A model generated the notes under the pieces. It searched no databases, had not been told where the DNA came from, and saw nothing but the letters and a program-made list of their open reading frames with translations. A stretch of DNA of 64,000 nucleotides, taken from the NCBI GenBank assembly GCA_963699755.1, contig CAVOVB010000001.1, forward strand, positions 416,001 to 480,000, read 5' to 3'. Every line of letters begins with the position of its first letter. Positions within the stretch are counted from its first letter, which is position 1. The DNA comes from an uncultured delta proteobacterium (GTDB lineage Bacteria; Myxococcota_A; Polyangia; Polyangiales; Houyiibacteriaceae). Below, in pieces: positions 59,832-64,000 of this stretch. A program made the translations under genes and the position numbers.

Positions 59832-61007
59832 GTGCCCCGTTTCCCGAACATCTCCAAACACGCCCACTCGGTTTCGGCCCGGGTCTACGGCAACCTCGCG
59901 GAGCGTGCGCGCGCGAAGAACGTCGAAGTCTACCCGCTCCACGTCGGGGACACCTACCGCGACCCGGTGCTTGCCGCGCAGGCCGAGCGGCAGTTGAGCC
60001 GGGAGCACCCGGGCCTCCATCAGTACGCGGCGGTACATGGCGAGCCGAGCGCCATCGAAGCCTTCATCGATTACGTTCAGGACCGGCACGGGGAAAGGCT
60101 CGACGGGGAGCTGGTGCAAGTGATGTCGGGCGCGACGGCGGGCCTGAGCATCGTGTGTCAGGTCTTGCTCGAGCCGGGCGACGAGGTCTTGCTTCCCTCC
60201 CCGTTTTGGCCGCTCAGCCGAGGCATCATCGCGACCAAGGGGGCGGTCCCCGTGCAAGTTCCCTTCTATACAAGGCTCGACGAGCCCGACTTCGACCCCG
60301 AGGCAGCGCTCGAACGCGCCGTGACCAAACGCACCGTCGCGCTCTACATCAATACGCCGAACAACCCGAGCGGCCACATCCTGTCCGAGCCAACCGTCGC
60401 GGCGATCCTCCGCGTCGCCAAGCGGCATGACCTCTGGCTCTTCTGCGACGAAGCCTATGAAGAAATCTACTTCGACCGTGAGCCGCCCGAGGCGATCTGG
60501 AAGCGTCGAGAAATCCGCGACCGGGCGATTGCCTTTCACACGCTCTCAAAGACCTATGGCTTTGCGGGCGCACGCATCGGCTTCACGCACGGGCCGGACA
60601 GCGTGATGGGCGCAGTCCGCGGAATGCAAACCTTCCACAGCTATTGTGCGCCCCGTCCCATGCAGCTCGGCGCGGTTGGAGCCCTCCGTCAGGGGACCGC
60701 CTGGGTGGAACAAAGCCGCGTCCTCTACCGTGATGCTGGATATCAAGCGGCCGACGCGCTCGGCGTGTCTCGACCGGAAGGCGGCACGTTCCTGTTCATC
60801 GATGTGACCCCACTTCTAGAACCGGGCGCCGAAGACTCTGGCGCCTTTCTCGAGCGTTGCGCCGATGAGGGCGTGCTGCTGACGCCGGGTCGCTCATGCG
60901 GCGACGACTACGCGCGCTGGGTCCGCCTCTGCTTCACCTCGGTGCCCCCGGCTCGACTCGAGGCTGCCTTGGAGAAACTGGTTCCTTTGTTTCGAACACC
61001 GTCTTAG
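59832..61007 (+). CDS. PLP-dependent aminotransferase class I/II
   Basis: NTPNNPSG, DEAY, TLSKTYG..G.RIG. Confidence 0.92.
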   Translation: MPRFPNISKHAHSVSARVYGNLAERARAKNVEVYPLHVGDTYRDPVLAAQAERQLSREHPGLHQYAAVHGEPSAIEAFIDYVQDRHGERLDGELVQVMSGATAGLSIVCQVLLEPGDEVLLPSPFWPLSRGIIATKGAVPVQVPFYTRLDEPDFDPEAALERAVTKRTVALYINTPNNPSGHILSEPTVAAILRVAKRHDLWLFCDEAYEEIYFDREPPEAIWKRREIRDRAIAFHTLSKTYGFAGARIGFTHGPDSVMGAVRGMQTFHSYCAPRPMQLGAVGALRQGTAWVEQSRVLYRDAGYQAADALGVSRPEGGTFLFIDVTPLLEPGAEDSGAFLERCADEGVLLTPGRSCGDDYARWVRLCFTSVPPARLEAALEKLVPLFRTPS

Positions 61008-61383
61008 CAAACCAGGCGTCGATGGACACCGAGCCTGGGCCCGTGAAGATGAGGCACGCGTAGACCGCCGCATAGAGCAGTGGAAGCTCTCTCATCGCCC
61101 AGGGGTCTTCGAAGTGCTGCACGAAGGCCGCCACCATCATCGCGATGAAAAGCGACGCGGCAGCGAGGCGGCCGAACAAGCCCAACAGCAGCAGGACCGA
61201 ACAGCCAACCTCCGCAAAGACGATGAGCATCGCGCTCATCTCGGTGCCCACGTTCAGCGGGTCGGGGAAGCTCTGAACGAGCGTATCGTAGTCGAGCGCC
61301 TTCGGGACACCGTGGCTCAGCATCAGCAAGGACACGGAGATTCGAAGCAGAAAGACACCGTTTTCGGCGAGCTTTTGTCGCAT
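60934..61383 (-). CDS. DoxX family membrane protein
   Basis: LLRI..M..HG.PK, FAEVGC, EL..LY, GPG..SID. Confidence 0.85.
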   Translation of the reverse strand: MRQKLAENGVFLLRISVSLLMLSHGVPKALDYDTLVQSFPDPLNVGTEMSAMLIVFAEVGCSVLLLLGLFGRLAAASLFIAMMVAAFVQHFEDPWAMRELPLLYAAVYACLIFTGPGSVSIDAWFAKTVFETKEPVSPRQPRVEPGAPR

Positions 61384-61473
61384 GTTGGGGATCATACAGT
61401 GGGGCCGCTCCGCTCGCATGGCGAATCCGGCACTGCCTTGTGAACGTCGCCGCGAACCTCGTTACACTGAGAC

Positions 61474-62644
61474 AATGGGGGTGTGTCCGAGCTGTGTGTC
61501 GATGCCACTCTCGGGTTACGAGGCGAGCCCGGGCCTGGAGGTCGAGCTCTGCGCAGAGTGTCGCGGGCTCTTCTTGGACCGACACGAAATCCGTGAGCTC
61601 GTCGGCCGTGGGTCGCTCGGCCGCGCCACCGAGGTCGTCCCAGTTTCGCTCGACGAGGACGTCGGAATGCAGTGCCCAAAGTGCGTCGACCCGGCGATGC
61701 AACCCCTGAGCATCAAGGGCGCGCCCGAAGCCGTCGCCTGGCAGTGCCGCGCGTGTGGAGGGATGTGGCTCCCGGACGGTGCGTTCTTCGAGCTCGCGCG
61801 CGCGCTTCGAGCTTCGCTGCCGGCAGTCCCACCAATTGTCGCGCCCATGGTAAGCCGCGCGCCCTCGCTCCCGACGGGACCGCGCCTCACACACAGCCGA
61901 AGCGATTTCGACCGAGGGCTCGAGAATCTCTTGGCGGTGCCGGTCGCGCTCCTGCTGAGCTTCTGGATTTGTTCGAGCAACCTTGGGCGCCTTCTCTCGT
62001 TCATGGTGAGCATGCCCTTTCACGAGCTCGGCCACGCCGCCGGCTCATGGCTGAGCAGCCGCATCGCCATCCCGCTTCCGTTCTTCACGTTTTGGTACGA
62101 CGAGCAATCGGTGTTGATGGGCCTGGTCGTTGCAAGCGTGCTCGGCTGGTTCTTGTTCCACACCTACCGCGAGAAGAACCGGTTCATGTTCGGTACCACG
62201 CTGGGAATCACGCTTGCTTGGGCCGTCATCACCTTCCTCGTCTCCCCGCGCACCACCTTGATGTGGCAGATTCTATCTGGCGCGCTGGGCGAGATCGTCT
62301 TGGGCGCGTTCATCCTCATTGCCTTCCACTTCCCAGGGCCCGATCGCCTGCGCTGGGACTTCTGGCGCTGGGTCGCACTCATCCCGGCCGCGCTTTGCTT
62401 CACCCATGCGCTGAGGCTCTGGCGAAGCGCGACCGGCGACACCTCCGAAATTCCCTGGGGCTCGGCCATTGGCAGCGAAAGCGACGGCGACATGAACCGC
62501 CTCGTCCGCCATTTTGGCTGGAACGCGAATGAGCTCGCGGCCTTCTACCTGAACGTCACCTACTTGGGCGTTGCGGTCCTGGTCGCCGCATACGCTTTCG
62601 CTGTGTATCGATTGATTCGCAAAAAACGGGAGCTAGGCGCGTAG
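61474..62644 (+). CDS. Tandem zf-TFIIB zinc ribbons fused to an M50-like membrane metalloprotease domain
   Basis: CPSC..CAEC.G.FLD, CPKC..CRAC.G.WL, HELGH inside a TM, later DGD. Confidence 0.65.
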
Positions 62645-62986
62645 GCCCCACTTGGCCTTGTTCTCGGCGACCTGCTCGGGTGTGGGTTGGTCGGTGCCCT
62701 CGTTGACCGGAACCTCGAAGTCGTCCTGCGCCTCGACCATCTTGGCGTTGAGCGCAGTATCCTCTTCGAAGATTTCTGGAACCGACGCGTCTTCGTAAAT
62801 CGCTTCCCAAGGGCACTCCGGCTCGCACGCGCCACAGTCGATGCACTCTTCGGGCTGGATGTACAGCTGGTTCGGAAACGCCTCGCGATCGTCACCCTTG
62901 TACTCGTAGATGCACTCGACGGGACAGACATCGACGCAGGATTTGTCGACGCAGTCGCGGCAAAGACGTGTAATGACCCAGGTCAT
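62633..62986 (-). CDS. Dicluster ferredoxin (FdxA-like)
   Basis: [30 protein letters not shown]. Confidence 0.92.
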   Translation of the reverse strand: MTWVITRLCRDCVDKSCVDVCPVECIYEYKGDDREAFPNQLYIQPEECIDCGACEPECPWEAIYEDASVPEIFEEDTALNAKMVEAQDDFEVPVNEGTDQPTPEQVAENKAKWGLRA

Positions 62987-63061
62987 CGGACTCCCTTTCC
63001 CAAGAACTGGCTGAACGCTAGCAGGGGCGCCCGGCCGGGTCAAAGATGGCCGGCAGCGCGC

Positions 63062-63577
63062 TCATCGCTTGGTCTTGGAGCTTTTCTTCTTTGGCACAGC
63101 GGCTGTCTTCTTCTTCGGCGCCTCACTCGGGTGGCAGCCGGCGCAACTGAAGTCCGCGACGCCGAGGAGCTTGCCCATGGCAGGCGTGACCACCTCTCGC
63201 ATGAACTTCACCTCCTCGGGGAAGGTCGACAGCATGCCCCGGTGCCCGGGTGTGCCCTCGGGCGGAACGATGTACATCGAGGGCGCGGGCATCTTGAAAT
63301 CGATTTCCCGCATTTCTTCACCATGGCAATCGACACAGTCGAAGTCGCCGAACTCCTCGGGATCGTGCGCTGCGAAAAGCTCCTGCATGATGGGGTTCAC
63401 CTTGCCGATCATGTAGAACTCTTTGTCGGCGACGCTCATCTCTTCCCAGAGCGAGTCGGGGGGGGTGAGGCCCATCGCCTCCATGGCGCTGAGCTTGCCG
63501 GTCGAGCCGGAGCTCGTGGACCTCGAGCCACCGCAGGCCATCGATAGCAACACCAGCGCCAGGCCAACTGTTTTCAT
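63062..63577 (-). CDS. Diheme c-type cytochrome lipoprotein
   Basis: SMAC lipobox, CVDCH, CAGCH. Confidence 0.75.
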   Translation of the reverse strand: MKTVGLALVLLSMACGGSRSTSSGSTGKLSAMEAMGLTPPDSLWEEMSVADKEFYMIGKVNPIMQELFAAHDPEEFGDFDCVDCHGEEMREIDFKMPAPSMYIVPPEGTPGHRGMLSTFPEEVKFMREVVTPAMGKLLGVADFSCAGCHPSEAPKKKTAAVPKKKSSKTKR

Positions 63578-63607
63578 GCTTCCCGTCATCGCTTCGCATG
63601 GTAATTC

Positions 63608-64000
63608 ATGGGTGGCGTGTTCGCACAGTTTCAACGGAAGATGGTCTTCCCGGGGCCGGATGGGGTGAGCGTCTCGTTGCTGGAGGAGGTGGCCGGCAAG
63701 GTTGGGGCGACGGAGCTGAGCATCCGGACCGAAGACGGCGAAACCCTTTACGGCTGGCACCGGGCCGCGGTCTGGTCTGGGCCGCGGCGCGTGGTGCTGT
63801 ATTTCCACGGCAACGCCTCGTCGCTCCTCGCACAAATCGAGTTGCAGAACCTGCTGCTGAGCGAGGGCTGGGACTTCGTCGGCGTTCACTACCGCGGCTA
63901 CCCGGGAAGCAGCGGTGTCCCGAGCGAGGAGGGCGTACACAAAGATGCAATGGCGGTCTGGCGCTGGGTCACGAGCGAGCTCGGCACCGACCCGAGCCGC
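63608..64000 (+). CDS. Alpha/beta hydrolase (ABHD-like), runs off the window
   Basis: DGETLYGW, VLYFHGNA, YRGYPGSSG.PSEEG. Confidence 0.85.
   Translation, partial: MGGVFAQFQRKMVFPGPDGVSVSLLEEVAGKVGATELSIRTEDGETLYGWHRAAVWSGPRRVVLYFHGNASSLLAQIELQNLLLSEGWDFVGVHYRGYPGSSGVPSEEGVHKDAMAVWRWVTSELGTDPSR

Overview
GC-rich bacterial chromosome segment. A Myxococcota/Polyangia-type origin is inferred from the Ser/Thr kinase-PEGA cluster, the Cys-motif lipoproteins and the RAYT and integrase types. About 2-48.6 kb is a decayed accessory region ending at a tRNA-Lys(CTT)/Arg(TCG)/His(GTG) cluster with an excisionase and a broken tyrosine integrase; 49-64 kb looks like core genome. Cargo includes sbtAB, sua5, a Fur-boxed DUF4856-imelysin-HTTM-TonB receptor-TonB operon, a relaxase remnant and many redox/membrane genes and pseudogenes. 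Two main observations. (1) A dispersed ~97-100 bp non-coding element made of two tandem dif/xrs-like cores plus a fixed 35-nt tail sits at gene-module boundaries. One copy was hit by three different IS families (IS4, IS1111-type, IS1202-type), the last in the geometry known for XerCD-site-targeting IS1202. (2) An intact IS110 sits in an IS3 transposase gene, and its left end contains a readable bridge RNA whose guides match the IS3 C-Y-D-N-A codons and the element's own ends. All calls are by eye from sequence and motifs; no searches were run.
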